64,000 bases of DNA from Spirochaetia bacterium. Lineage in GTDB: Bacteria > Spirochaetota > Spirochaetia > UBA9216. Of the stretch, positions 21,381 to 31,900 are shown piece by piece. Position numbers and translations under genes: made by a program. The number at the start of each line of letters is the position of its first letter. Within the stretch, counting starts at the first letter, position 1. The stretch covers positions 64,001 through 128,000 of the forward strand of contig OZ223264.1 of the NCBI GenBank assembly GCA_965140585.1, in the 5' to 3' direction. The notes beneath the pieces were generated by a model, which did no database searches, was not told the origin of the DNA, and saw only the letters and a program-made list of their open reading frames with translations.

Positions 21381-22565
21381 ATGCAACTTTCACTTAAGGA
21401 ATATTTCATCTCTCTTTCCTCGCTTCTGGACTTTCTGGAGGTGGAAATGCATTCCAGACCTACTAATCACTGTAAAAGGGTTGCACTTTTTGCTTTGAAG
21501 CTGGGCAGTGAAATGGGGCTTGATGAGGATGAGCGTTTCAGTCTGGGTGCCCTGGCTCTGCTGCATGATCTAGGTGCATCGATGGCGGTGCTGATCCAGA
21601 AAATGGAAAAGCAGAAAAATCCTGACATTGAAGTATTTCCTGATCACTGTAAGGCCGGAGCCGATCTTGTCTCAGGCATTCCGTTTCTGTCCGGGCAATC
21701 TGATGTTATTCTGTATCACCACGAACGCTATGACGGCAAGGGCTATTACGGCGCAGATACCGTTCCGCTTTTCTCAAGCATTATAACCATAAGCGACAGG
21801 GTTGATATGGAGCTGTTTAATAAATCTTCCGGGATGGACGCACCCAATAAGCTGTTGGAAAAAGAAAAGGGCAGGATTTTTTCTCCGGAAATTGCAGAGG
21901 CCGGACTTCTCTCATTAAGCAGCTGCAATATGTTTCAGACTCTGGATGATGCAAATGTTCTGTCCGGAATAAACGCGGAACTGCCGGAAAAGATGATCTC
22001 CGCATCAGGAGAAGAGATACTTGAAATGACTCAGCCTTTTTCAAATATCGTTGATGCAAAATCACCCTTTACCAGGAATCATTCCTCTCAGCTCACCGAT
22101 AAGGTTGCTGCGATGTGTGAGTATTATAAGTTTGACAGAGAAAAAACTATTAAGATGCTTATCGCAGCTAATCTTCATGATATCGGAAAACTGGCGGTGC
22201 CGAACAGGATTCTTGAAAAGAACGGAAAGCTGACTCCTGAAGAATTTGATGTGATAAAGACACATACTTATTACACCAGGATTGCACTTCAGCAGATCTC
22301 CGGCTGGGAGGATATCACCGACTGGGCTTCCGATCATCATGAAAAGTTGAACGGAAAAGGATATCCGATAGGCAAATCTGCAGATGAACTGTCATTTGAA
22401 GCAAGGTTTATGGCATGTCTGGATATCTATCAGGCGCTATCCGAAGACAGGCCCTACAAGCAGGGATTCTCAAATGAGAAGTCTTTCGGGATCCTTGATG
22501 AATGTGTTGCCAGAAATGAGATCGACGGTTCTATCGTTGAGGATATGAAGAAGGTTTTTGTTTAA
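21381..22565 (+). CDS. Tandem HD / HD-GYP phosphodiesterase
   Basis: LLHDLG and HHERYDGKGY in domain 1; DAKSPFTRNHS, LHDIGK, HHEKLNGKGYP, DIYQALSEDRPYK in domain 2. Confidence 0.92.
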   Translation: MQLSLKEYFISLSSLLDFLEVEMHSRPTNHCKRVALFALKLGSEMGLDEDERFSLGALALLHDLGASMAVLIQKMEKQKNPDIEVFPDHCKAGADLVSGIPFLSGQSDVILYHHERYDGKGYYGADTVPLFSSIITISDRVDMELFNKSSGMDAPNKLLEKEKGRIFSPEIAEAGLLSLSSCNMFQTLDDANVLSGINAELPEKMISASGEEILEMTQPFSNIVDAKSPFTRNHSSQLTDKVAAMCEYYKFDREKTIKMLIAANLHDIGKLAVPNRILEKNGKLTPEEFDVIKTHTYYTRIALQQISGWEDITDWASDHHEKLNGKGYPIGKSADELSFEARFMACLDIYQALSEDRPYKQGFSNEKSFGILDECVARNEIDGSIVEDMKKVFV

Positions 22566-22567
22566 AT

Positions 22568-22618
22568 CATGGCTGTTTTGAATATCTCTTAGACGGAATC
22601 TTATTCAAATCAGCCATG
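22568..22618. repeat. Intergenic inverted repeat (17-bp arms, 1 mismatch)
   Basis: CATGGCTGTTTTGAATA ... TATTCAAATCAGCCATG; no U-tail, so terminator status is uncertain. Confidence 0.6.
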
Positions 22619-22658
22619 GAAATTCCGGGTTGAAAAAGCTAACATTCTTCCTGTTATT

Positions 22659-23999
22659 ATGCAGGATATATTTAAAGAAGGTGTTCACCTCAAACCATTC
22701 TACAGATTTATTTTCCCGTCCATTATCCAGATGGTTTTCATGTCCATCAATTATATCATTGACGGTATTCTCATTGCCAATTTCCTGGGGATAAATGCCT
22801 TTGCCGCTTTGAATCTCTGCTACCCGGTGGAGTCGCTGATATGGGGCTTGTCCGTAATGCCTGCAGCCGGAGCCTCCGCTCTCATAGCTATTCTTCTTGG
22901 CGAAGGAAAAACAGAAAAGGCCAATAGCCGCTTTACCCTGATATGTCTTGTTGCTCTTGGCATCGGCCTGCTGTATACACTGGTTGTCTACGTGTTTATG
23001 GAGCAGATTCTGAATCTTCTCGGGGCAACCGGACTGCTGCGTGAAAACAGCAGAACCTATCTGATGATAGCAAATATCGGAACACCCTTTGCATTTCTGG
23101 GAGTAATCCTCGGCTTTTTTATCAGGGTTGACGGCAGCCCCAGATTTACGCTTCTTCAGAATGCGGCAGGAGGGGTTGCCCTTGTCGGTCTTGATTTCCT
23201 GCTGATGGGTAAGCTCGGCTGGGGTATTGAAGCCCCCGCTATTGCTACGCTTGCCTGGCTTGTTGTGAAAGCTGTTTTAGGTGTCTGGTATTTTCTGCGC
23301 CATAACAAGACCATTAAATTTGTAAAACCGCAGTGGGACGGTAAATTTGTCAGAGATTCTCTGGTTAACGGTTCGTCCGAGCTTGTCTCTGAAAGTTCTG
23401 CCGGGCTGGTTGCCTTTGTATTCAATCTGCTGGCCCTTCATTACGTAGGAGAAGCGGGGGTTGCTGCAATAGGTATAATCATGACAGTGAATTTTCTGCT
23501 CATCTCACTTTACTTCGGTTATATCTCCGGAGCCAGTCCTCTTATAAGCTACTACTATGGTGCCTCGGAATTTAAGATAGTAAATACAATTCACAGATGG
23601 TCCAAAAACCTGCTGCTTGTAAGTTCTGTTGTAATTGCCGGCTTAACCTTTATCTTTGCTGAGAATCTTGTTTCAATTTATGAATCAAATGACAGCGAAG
23701 TTTTCCGGATTGCGGTAACCGGAATGCGTTTTCTTGCCGCGGGGCTGCTTTTCGGCGGCGTGAACATTTATGCCTCGGGATTTTTTACCGCATATGGAAA
23801 CGGTTTGATTTCTTCGATTATTTCGTTTTCGCATTCAATTGTTTTTACCCTGCTATTCGGCCTTGTGTTCACCGCGGTAATGGGATTTGACGGAATATGG
23901 TTATCGATCTGTACCGCGGAGTTTTTGACGCTGATTATTTCACTTGTATGTTTTTATATTTTCAGAAACAAGTATAGATATTCATTTTTTAAGAGCTGA
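22659..23999 (+). CDS. MATE family efflux transporter
   Basis: 12 TM helices; YIIDGILIANFLG, RVDGSP, LDFLL, GFDGIW motifs. Confidence 0.92.
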   Translation: MQDIFKEGVHLKPFYRFIFPSIIQMVFMSINYIIDGILIANFLGINAFAALNLCYPVESLIWGLSVMPAAGASALIAILLGEGKTEKANSRFTLICLVALGIGLLYTLVVYVFMEQILNLLGATGLLRENSRTYLMIANIGTPFAFLGVILGFFIRVDGSPRFTLLQNAAGGVALVGLDFLLMGKLGWGIEAPAIATLAWLVVKAVLGVWYFLRHNKTIKFVKPQWDGKFVRDSLVNGSSELVSESSAGLVAFVFNLLALHYVGEAGVAAIGIIMTVNFLLISLYFGYISGASPLISYYYGASEFKIVNTIHRWSKNLLLVSSVVIAGLTFIFAENLVSIYESNDSEVFRIAVTGMRFLAAGLLFGGVNIYASGFFTAYGNGLISSIISFSHSIVFTLLFGLVFTAVMGFDGIWLSICTAEFLTLIISLVCFYIFRNKYRYSFFKS

Positions 24000-24053
24000 T
24001 TATAAAAGTATCAATTCTGTGATATTCTGGATCCGCAGGACTGCGGAACAGAT

Positions 24054-25010
24054 ATGATTAAAGAAGAGGAAATAGAATATCCGGAAGGGAGTCCGCTTTC
24101 ATTCAGGATTTATTCTGTTGAACACTATCATGTACATTTTCACTCCGACTCGCTTGAGCTGATATTATGCCTTGAAGGTTCGGTCTTTATTCAGAACTGT
24201 TCCGAGACCAGAAAGCTAAATGTCGGACAAATTTACAGCGTTGATATGCCGGACATTCATCACCTTTACTCAGAAGAGCCTAATATTATTGTTTCCTTTT
24301 ACATCAGACTCAGTCCGTTTTATTCCCGATGGCCTGAGCTCAGGCACATATGGTTTGCCTGCAACCCCTCCAATCTCAGTCCTGTAAAAAGGAAAGCCCT
24401 TGAGCGAATTGAAGAGCTGATTCTATTCACTGCATACGGGGCTGTTTCCGGAAAAACGATGGATGAGGCGGAAGCTGAAAAAATAGCCCTTGAGATGCTG
24501 CAGCTTTTAATTGATTATTTTAACTACTATTATTTTAATAAAGAAACAGTCAGCCATAACCCCGATACTATCAGGCGTTTCAACAGGATAATATCCTATT
24601 GTCAGGAAAATTACCGGAATAAAATAACACTGTCAGATATTGCCGAGAACGAGAATCTGAATAAATTCTACATATCGCAGCTGCTTCGCAACAGCAGCTT
24701 TGACGGTTTCAGCAGGGTCCTTGGTTATATCAGGTGTCTTCACGCAGTGCATCTTCTTCTTACAACTGAAGATTCAATTGAACAGATCTCCAGTGATTGC
24801 GGATTTTCAGATTTGAAATACTTTTATAGGCAGTTCCGTGAATGGTGGAAGTGTACTCCGAATGAATTCCGTATCAGGCACGAGGAATACCTGCAAGAAC
24901 CGGAAATTTTCTGTGACATCAATGAAGCTGAAGTAAAAACACTGCTAAAGACCTATATTATTTCCCGGATGATGCGCAGATGGGCACCATCCGGTACTAT
25001 TCAACCATGA
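24054..25010 (+). CDS. AraC family transcriptional regulator
   Basis: Cupin N-terminus HFHSDSLE; C-terminal ISSDCGFSDLKYFYRQF...TPNEFR. Confidence 0.9.
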   Translation: MIKEEEIEYPEGSPLSFRIYSVEHYHVHFHSDSLELILCLEGSVFIQNCSETRKLNVGQIYSVDMPDIHHLYSEEPNIIVSFYIRLSPFYSRWPELRHIWFACNPSNLSPVKRKALERIEELILFTAYGAVSGKTMDEAEAEKIALEMLQLLIDYFNYYYFNKETVSHNPDTIRRFNRIISYCQENYRNKITLSDIAENENLNKFYISQLLRNSSFDGFSRVLGYIRCLHAVHLLLTTEDSIEQISSDCGFSDLKYFYRQFREWWKCTPNEFRIRHEEYLQEPEIFCDINEAEVKTLLKTYIISRMMRRWAPSGTIQP

Positions 25011-25260
25011 ACTGACCCATCATCCCCGAGTCCTCATGTTCAAGCAGATGGCAGTGATACATGTACAGACCGGTATAATCCCTGAAGCTTACGCCAATCA
25101 CAGCAGTATCGCCGGCATTAAGGAGAATTGTGTCTTTGGGGCCTGCATAAACCGGATCCGGTTTTCTACCGTTGAAAGACAGCACCGTGAACTGTGTATC
25201 ATGGACATGGAATGAATGCGGTATGTTCATCATTCCCACCCCTATGTTGCGTACTGTCTT
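24997..25260 (-). pseudogene. Multicopper oxidase C-terminal remnant
   Basis: PHSFHVH and YMYHCHLLEHEDSGMMGQF copper motifs only; domains 1 and 2 are absent. Confidence 0.82.
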
Positions 25261-25269
25261 AACCTCCTT

Positions 25270-27708
25270 TCAGACCGGGCTGTAGCCGGCCTGCTTGACT
25301 GCATCCTTTACAGCCTCTGTCAGGGCTGCATTTTCTGCCGCAGCCTTAAATGCAAGTTCTTTCTTTTCAAGATCTACTTCCGCAGATTCTACTCCGCTGA
25401 CAGACATTGCCGCTTTTTCAACCGCCATTTTACAGTGGTTGCATGTCATTCCATCTACTGTAATTTTTTCAGTCATTTGATCCTCCCTGGATTCATTTGT
25501 TTTTACTGGTGTTATTTTTTTCAGTTTGAATTTCTTCAGACTGAGTGAATTCGATACTACTGATACCGAGCTGAACGCCATTGCTGCACCGGCAATTATA
25601 GGGTTAAGAAATCCGAGTGCAGCAAAAGGAATTCCAATCGAGTTGTAGAAAAAAGCCCAGAACAGATTCTGACGGATTTTAGCCATCGTTTTACGTGAAA
25701 GCAGTATGGCAGCTGAAATTTCCCGCAGATCTCCTCTCATAAGAGTTATGTCCGCTGACTCCATGGCTATGTCCGAACCGGACCCCATGGCTATTCCTAT
25801 GTCTGCAGTCGCCAGGGCGGGGGCATCGTTTATTCCGTCTCCGACCATAGTGACGATTTTCCTGCTGTTCTGAAGTTTCTTAACTTCAGCGGCCTTCTGT
25901 TCCGGCAGGACTTCTGCAAGAATGTTTGTAATTCCGGCTTGTTCCGCTATCGCCACAGCAGTGATGCGGTTGTCGCCGGTTATCATGTATACTTCAATTC
26001 CCAGCTCTTTCAGACGGGCAACACCTTCTCTGGACTCCGGTTTTATACTGTCCGCAATTGCAAGCAGGCCGGATGGTCTGCCGTTTTCTGACATCACTAT
26101 TACAGTATTGCCCTTTGACTCAAGTTCTGTTTTCCGGGACAGAAATGTTTCAGTGCTGATTCCTTTTTCCTGCATAAAGGAGGTCGTTCCTATCAGGTAT
26201 TCTGCACCGTTTAATTTTCCGCTGATTCCCTTTCCCGGAATTGCATTAAAGTCTGAGACCTGCAGTAGAGCAAGGTTTTTGCTTTCCGCGGCATCAACTA
26301 CGGCCAAAGCAAGCGGGTGTTCTGAATTCTTTTCCAGAGATGCGGCTGCGGCCAGGAGTGAATCTTCATCCGTCTCGGCAGTGAGCGGGACAATCTTCTG
26401 AAGCGCAGGTTTGCCCATGGTAATGGTTCCGGTTTTATCCAATACAACTGATGTTATTTTCCCGGCGTTCTGAAGTACCTCTCCGTTTTTAAGTAGTATT
26501 CCCCGCTGAGCACCTATCCCGGTTCCCACCATAATTGCTGTGGGGGTAGCAAGGCCCAGCGCACAGGGGCATGCTATTACAAGAACCGCCACCGCCGGTA
26601 CTATCGCTGAAAAAACTGATCCGCTTATTACCCACCACAATATGAAGGTAAGAACTGCTATTCCGAGCACTATCGGAACAAAAACTGCCGCAACCTTGTC
26701 TGCCAGTTTCTGGATAGGAGCCTTTGAGCCCTGTGCTTCCTCTACTATCGATATCATTCGGGAAAGAACTGAATCACTGCCTACATGCTCCGCTTCGAAT
26801 TTTACTGAACCGTAGCCGTTGATAGATCCGCTTACGACCCTGTCCCCGGCCTGTTTCTCAACCGGCATGCTTTCGCCTGTTATTACGCTCTCATCGGCGG
26901 TTGTGTTTCCGTCAGTGATTATTCCGTCTACAGGAAAACGTTCGCCGGGTTTGACCAGAACGACATCACCGGGAATAACATCATCGATGGGGACCTCTAT
27001 CTGCTCTCCATTGCGTTCAATATGTGCGGTTTTAGGCTGGAGCCCCATCAGTTTTTTTATTGCCTCGGAGGTTTTTCCTTTTGCTTTCATTTCAAGGTAT
27101 CTGCCCAGAAGCACCAGGGTGATAATTATGGCCGAGGCTTCAAAATACAGGCCGGCAGATTCAAAACCAATCCGGGACGCTATAAAACCGTTGAAGATAC
27201 TGAATAAATATGCGGTTGAAGTTCCAAGCACTACAAGTACATCCATACCCGGGCTTCCGGATTTTATGGTCTTCCATGCTACTTTGTAGAATTCCTTTCC
27301 TATCCAAAACTGAACAGGAGTTGCAAGAACCAGCTGAATAAGCGGGTTATGCAGAAACATCAGCGCTTCAATTTTAAGTATAGAAGCAAACATAGCTGTA
27401 AGAAGCGGAATGCTGAGTATTACCGAAATAATGGTTTTTCTTTTAAGAGAATTCAGCTCTTTCTGTTTTACATTTTCTTCCTTGTCGCTTCCCGGGTCGG
27501 GAAGGGCAGCGGCATATCCTGCATCTGATACAGACCTTATTATGTCCTCTATATTAGTTTTATCAGGATCATAGCTGACTGTTGCTTTTTCTGTGGCGAG
27601 ATTAACCGAAGCCAGCTCAATACCTGAGCCGCTTTTTATTCCTTTTTCTACATGGGCTACGCATGACGCACAGGTCATACCCTGAATATTAAGTTGTACA
27701 ATTTCCAT
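25270..27708 (-). CDS. copA: Cu(I)-translocating P1B-1 ATPase with N- and C-terminal HMA domains
   Basis: GMTCASC, TGES, CPCALGLATP, DKTGT, SEHPL, GDGIND, YN and MAFSS; C-terminal GMTCNHC. Confidence 0.95.
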   Translation of the reverse strand: MEIVQLNIQGMTCASCVAHVEKGIKSGSGIELASVNLATEKATVSYDPDKTNIEDIIRSVSDAGYAAALPDPGSDKEENVKQKELNSLKRKTIISVILSIPLLTAMFASILKIEALMFLHNPLIQLVLATPVQFWIGKEFYKVAWKTIKSGSPGMDVLVVLGTSTAYLFSIFNGFIASRIGFESAGLYFEASAIIITLVLLGRYLEMKAKGKTSEAIKKLMGLQPKTAHIERNGEQIEVPIDDVIPGDVVLVKPGERFPVDGIITDGNTTADESVITGESMPVEKQAGDRVVSGSINGYGSVKFEAEHVGSDSVLSRMISIVEEAQGSKAPIQKLADKVAAVFVPIVLGIAVLTFILWWVISGSVFSAIVPAVAVLVIACPCALGLATPTAIMVGTGIGAQRGILLKNGEVLQNAGKITSVVLDKTGTITMGKPALQKIVPLTAETDEDSLLAAAASLEKNSEHPLALAVVDAAESKNLALLQVSDFNAIPGKGISGKLNGAEYLIGTTSFMQEKGISTETFLSRKTELESKGNTVIVMSENGRPSGLLAIADSIKPESREGVARLKELGIEVYMITGDNRITAVAIAEQAGITNILAEVLPEQKAAEVKKLQNSRKIVTMVGDGINDAPALATADIGIAMGSGSDIAMESADITLMRGDLREISAAILLSRKTMAKIRQNLFWAFFYNSIGIPFAALGFLNPIIAGAAMAFSSVSVVSNSLSLKKFKLKKITPVKTNESREDQMTEKITVDGMTCNHCKMAVEKAAMSVSGVESAEVDLEKKELAFKAAAENAALTEAVKDAVKQAGYSPV

Positions 27709-27717
27709 AATGACTCC

Positions 27718-28041
27718 CTATTTTGTCATTTTCCGGACAGTAGCTAAAAGCTCATCAATAACTTCATCGCTGCCTTCGCGAATCTGTTCTACAACACAGC
27801 TTTTCATATGTGCTTCAAGCAGCGACATCTTCACACCGTTAATTGCTGACTGTACGGCCATGAATTGGTGAAGAATATCGTCACAGTAGACGTCTTTTTC
27901 AATCATTCCGGAAATACCGCGGATCTGCCCTTCAATTTTTTTCATCCGTGTAATCATATTCGCTTTCTGCTCATATGAGTGATGAGCCTTTCTGGTTCCG
28001 CCTGTATTTTCAGCAAGGATATGGCAGCTATTTTCGTTCAT
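27718..28041 (-). CDS. csoR: CsoR family copper-sensing repressor
   Basis: RMKKIEGQIRGI, YCDDILHQ, HMKSCV (C-H-C ligands); directly upstream of copA. Confidence 0.9.
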   Translation of the reverse strand: MNENSCHILAENTGGTRKAHHSYEQKANMITRMKKIEGQIRGISGMIEKDVYCDDILHQFMAVQSAINGVKMSLLEAHMKSCVVEQIREGSDEVIDELLATVRKMTK

Positions 28042-28168
28042 ATTTATTCTCCCTGTTTAGATCGCAGCAGTCGAGTCGTCCTTTTCCATAAAGATCTTCA
28101 TTAACCTTTGCGAGTCTGTCCAGATAATTTTTCCACTTTCTGCTGATGGAATTAAGTACTATCTTCAT
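28028..28168 (-). CDS. LDCC-motif small putative metal-binding protein
   Basis: WKNYLDRLAKVNEDLYGKGRLDCCDLN; ATG 7 nt after GGAGG; first gene of the copper operon. Confidence 0.78.
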   Translation of the reverse strand: MKIVLNSISRKWKNYLDRLAKVNEDLYGKGRLDCCDLNRENKYERK

Positions 28169-28182
28169 TTCCATACCTCCAG

Positions 28183-28199
28183 ATACCCCCAGGGGGTAT
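28183..28199. promoter_or_regulatory. CsoR operator
   Basis: Palindrome ATACCCCC-A-GGGGGTAT with C and G tracts, between a minus-strand TTGACA (28229-28234) and the RBS. Confidence 0.88.
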
Positions 28200-28343
28200 A
28201 CTTGTAAGTTAATAAACCTTACTGCAATTGTCAAGTAAAGTGTGTCAGTAGGGGACTATTTGAGGTGAATTCCTTTCTACCATCGCTGCTATAATTCAAT
28301 TCCATGAAAGCTGTAGCCGGTAAACTGTGATATAATTTTCTAC

Positions 28344-28937
28344 ATGAAAATAAAGTCAATTATTCTCGTGCTTATTCTGATAGCCTCTTCGGTTTCTTTG
28401 TACGGTATTCCGTCCAACCTTACCGGTGATGAAGAGGGCTGGTTTGAGCTGAATATCGGCTACACCCTTACTATTCCTGTTATGGCTACGGAAAAATTCG
28501 GTCATAATCTTCGAGGCGGATTTGTGTGGAGTATGAATAATATCGGTCTTGGTGCAGGCTTTATGGCCGGTGAGGATTATGCCAATTGTTATGCGGAGGG
28601 TCATTATTATTTTGATGTCCCGGGTATGGATTCTCTAAATATTCCGGTATTTATCAAGGCTGGTTTTTTTCAGTCCGGAATTCTGGGATGGCTTGGTCTT
28701 TCTGCTGAGACAGGGTTGAAATACTTCTTTGATGAGAAAGTTGAAGACATTGGACCTTCGCTGGAGTATTACTATAAATCACTGGAACTGCTCAGCGAAA
28801 TGGATTTTCTGATTATCCCGCTGTTTGATACTGCATCCCGTGAATTAAAAACGGCTGACAGGTTTATCTTTTCAGCCTCTGCAGTATATAGTTTTGATAC
28901 AACACCGAGGCCCTCCAGCGGTGTATACTACTACTAA
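28344..28937 (+). CDS. Hypothetical secreted protein, possibly a small outer-membrane beta-barrel
   Basis: Signal peptide; aromatic and Gly-rich alternating strands; 19 nt upstream of the macroglobulin gene. Confidence 0.6.
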   Translation: MKIKSIILVLILIASSVSLYGIPSNLTGDEEGWFELNIGYTLTIPVMATEKFGHNLRGGFVWSMNNIGLGAGFMAGEDYANCYAEGHYYFDVPGMDSLNIPVFIKAGFFQSGILGWLGLSAETGLKYFFDEKVEDIGPSLEYYYKSLELLSEMDFLIIPLFDTASRELKTADRFIFSASAVYSFDTTPRPSSGVYYY

Positions 28938-28956
28938 ATATAAAAAGTGAGTTGTT

Positions 28957-31900
28957 ATGAAAAAAATCATTCTTTTAATCATTATTTCAATTCTGATCTT
29001 TTCATGCGGAGATAAGTCAGGACCGCCGGCTGTACAGGTTGATGCCGAAACTGTAGAATTTTCAGGGCTTGACGGCACTGTTGTCGGCCGTGATATGTCC
29101 AACCTGGTTGGCGGACCGTCAGAGGATGTTTCTGATGAAGGATACACCAGAGAAGGCTTTGATCTATCGGCAACGACAGTAAACTACTTTTCTGTAGATG
29201 AGCTGGATTCTGCTGATTTTATTATTGAAGATGATGGACTGAGTTTTGATGTAACCGATTTCGGGCCGGAGGGGCAGCTTCCCCGTGAAAACAGGAAACC
29301 GGTAATCTATGTTACATTTTCACATGCAATGGTTCCGATCGGAAAACTCGGCGCGCCGCTCTCTGTGTTTGACGGACTTTCAATTACTCCTGAACTTAAG
29401 GGAACCTACCACTGGTACGGTACGCGGACGCTGAGTTTCGAACCGGATGAACTGCTGCAGAGCCAGCAGGAGTACATGGTTACAGTCAGCAGTAATCTTC
29501 AGTCTCTTGGGAAGAAGTCGCTTGCAAAAGATTTTAGTTTCATTTTTAAGACTGAGCCCCTGGACATTGCCGGAATGCGTCCGGGAACATATGACAGGGT
29601 CTGGGATGACTTTTTCAATGTTCCCCCGGATTTCTCTCAGAATATTCTACTTTCATTTACTGAACCGGTTGATGCAGAATATATAAAATCCTTCATAAAA
29701 ATCAGATCCGGGCAAAAGGATTTTTCATTCAGGGTTTCAAGACCTGAAAGTGAAGAGCAGGAGCTTGATGAAAATTATATTTCAAGAACTCTTCAGCTGG
29801 AGCTCGATGAGGCTCCTCCCTTTGATTCGGATATTAATGTTGTGCTTGAAGCCGGAGCCGCCTCGGCTGAAGGAAAAAACGGCAGGCCGGGGGCAGTTTT
29901 CAGAAAATATCATACCCTCAAGCCTTTCAGGTTTGTATCAGAGAGCACATATTCCTATGCATTTCCCCGAAGCCGTACAGGTACAATTAACCCTGTTTTT
30001 ATTGAAATGTCCCAGCCGGTAAACAGCACGGGAGCAATTGATTTAATAAGTACGTCATTTGGAGCAATTGAAGACTGGGCTGACAAGGTTGAAATCTGGG
30101 AGAATATAATCAGGATAAACGATCTGCCAGTTGAGTACGGCAAAAATTACGAAGTAGTTCTTAAGGCCGGGCTTTCAGATATATACGGCCAGGAGCTTCA
30201 AACCGACAGGGCTGTTGAAGTCTATGTGCCGGAAGCCTCGCCCTATGCCTATTTTCCGGGCGGCAGCGTTTACCGTGATACCGACTACAACTTCAGAATG
30301 CTTGAATCACAGTTTACCCCTAAGGTGATATATGAATACCAGAATGTTTCCGAGGGACAGATGGCTGTTACACCGGTTTCAAACCTCTACAGCAATATAA
30401 GAACTGAGCTGACTCCGGTTGATTTTACCGACAGCCGTAAAAATGAGGCCAATTATAAAATTCTCGATCTAAGCCCCTGGCTGAATGAAGACGGTTTCGG
30501 TTCGGTACAGCTGAACTGGAACTTCATTAATCCAAGCACAAGCCGCTACAAGAATGATTACAAGCAGAACCTTGTCGTTCAGGTTACCGATCTCGGTGTA
30601 ACCGTAAGATACGCTTACAATACGATTCTCGTCTGGGTTAACAGCCTTACCGGCGGAGAGCCGGTTGCCGGTGCCGATGTTTCAATCAAAGTAGGAGGAA
30701 GTGATAAAATCATGCAGACTGATGCTGACGGGCTCGCTGTTTTTGAACTGGTCGGTTATGAAAATAAGAATGTCTACAGCAGCCGCTATCACTCCCGATT
30801 CAGCAATCCTCTTACAGTTACGGTTAACGGAGACAGGGCTGACTTTCTGCCGTCCGGAACCCACAGCGCCTGGCATTTCGGTGTGTATTCAGGAGCCGGA
30901 CCCTGGGCCGGAAATGATCCCGAGCCGGTTACCTTCTTTTTTACAGATCGCGGACTCTACAGACCGGGAGAAACCCTTACCTTCCGGGGAATAGATCGTG
31001 ATATCAGGCTCGGCGACTTCGAATCCTACATCGGCGATTTTCAGCTTACTGCAAAAAAGCAGGAATGGCGGGCTAAACCCTTTAATGAAATCACCGGTTC
31101 AACAACGACTGAAGGCGGATTCTACGGAAAGATAGACCTGCCTGAAAACCTCGAACCCGGAACCTATCAGCTGGCCTACAAGAGAGCCGGTGGTACAGGA
31201 GAGACCAGGCTGAGCTTTGAGATAGCCAACTTCCGCAGACTCAACTTCGAGGTCAGCTCAAAGGTTCCACAGCGGCTGTTTATTCAGGGTGATACAGTTT
31301 CTGTTCCTGTTAAAGCCTCCTATCTGGCCGGCGGAGCAATGGCTAATGCTGATTACGGCTACTTCTGGACAAGGCAGCCTGCATGGTTTCATCCGGAAGG
31401 CGAAAAATACAGCGACTGGGTTTTCGGCCCAGATCATTCAGGTGGAACTCAGAATCTTACCCATAAAACCGGAAAACTTAATGCCTCCGGAGAAGTCCGT
31501 GCAGAACAGGAAACCGGCGATGAAACTATCGAAGGCCAGCCTTTCAGGTATGTGCTGGAAACCACTGTTGAAGATATTGACCGCCAGGAAGTTTCAAGCC
31601 GGGCATCGGTTCTGGTTCATCCTGGAAGCTTTTATATAGGCGCCAAACTTACATCCGGCAGCAAGGGCTGGTGGTCGCGTTTTGTTGCTGAAGATACCGA
31701 GCAGACCGCCGAGTTTATTCTTGTAGACCCGGAAGGCGGTGAGGTTTCAGCAGAGGCCGAGATTACAGTCGAGCTTATCCAGCGATCCTGGGTGACCGCA
31801 CAGCAGCGGGGAGTCTACGGGCGGATAAATACCCGCTATACCCTGGTTGAGAATGTTGTTGATACGCAGATTGTAAAACACAGCGGGGGAACATCAACTG

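Noticed and set aside
22568-22618. Shared repeat family with the 47293-47324 hairpin (TTTGAATA...TTATTCA)
   Set aside because: Similarity is limited to about 8 AT-rich bases per arm, which is not enough to call a repeat family.
22659-25010. Horizontally acquired MATE-AraC cassette
   Set aside because: No flanking repeats, mobility genes or clear compositional shift can be shown from the sequence alone.
19072-25272. Alternative genetic code (UGA as Gly, Trp or Sec) suggested by in-frame TGAs
   Set aside because: TGA is the evident stop of many intact genes in the window, and other pseudogene lesions are TAA codons or frameshifts.
25922-27289. Long plus-strand ORFs antisense to copA, and similar ones inside the ABC and macroglobulin genes
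   Set aside because: Shadow ORFs of well-supported genes with no independent motifs or RBS.
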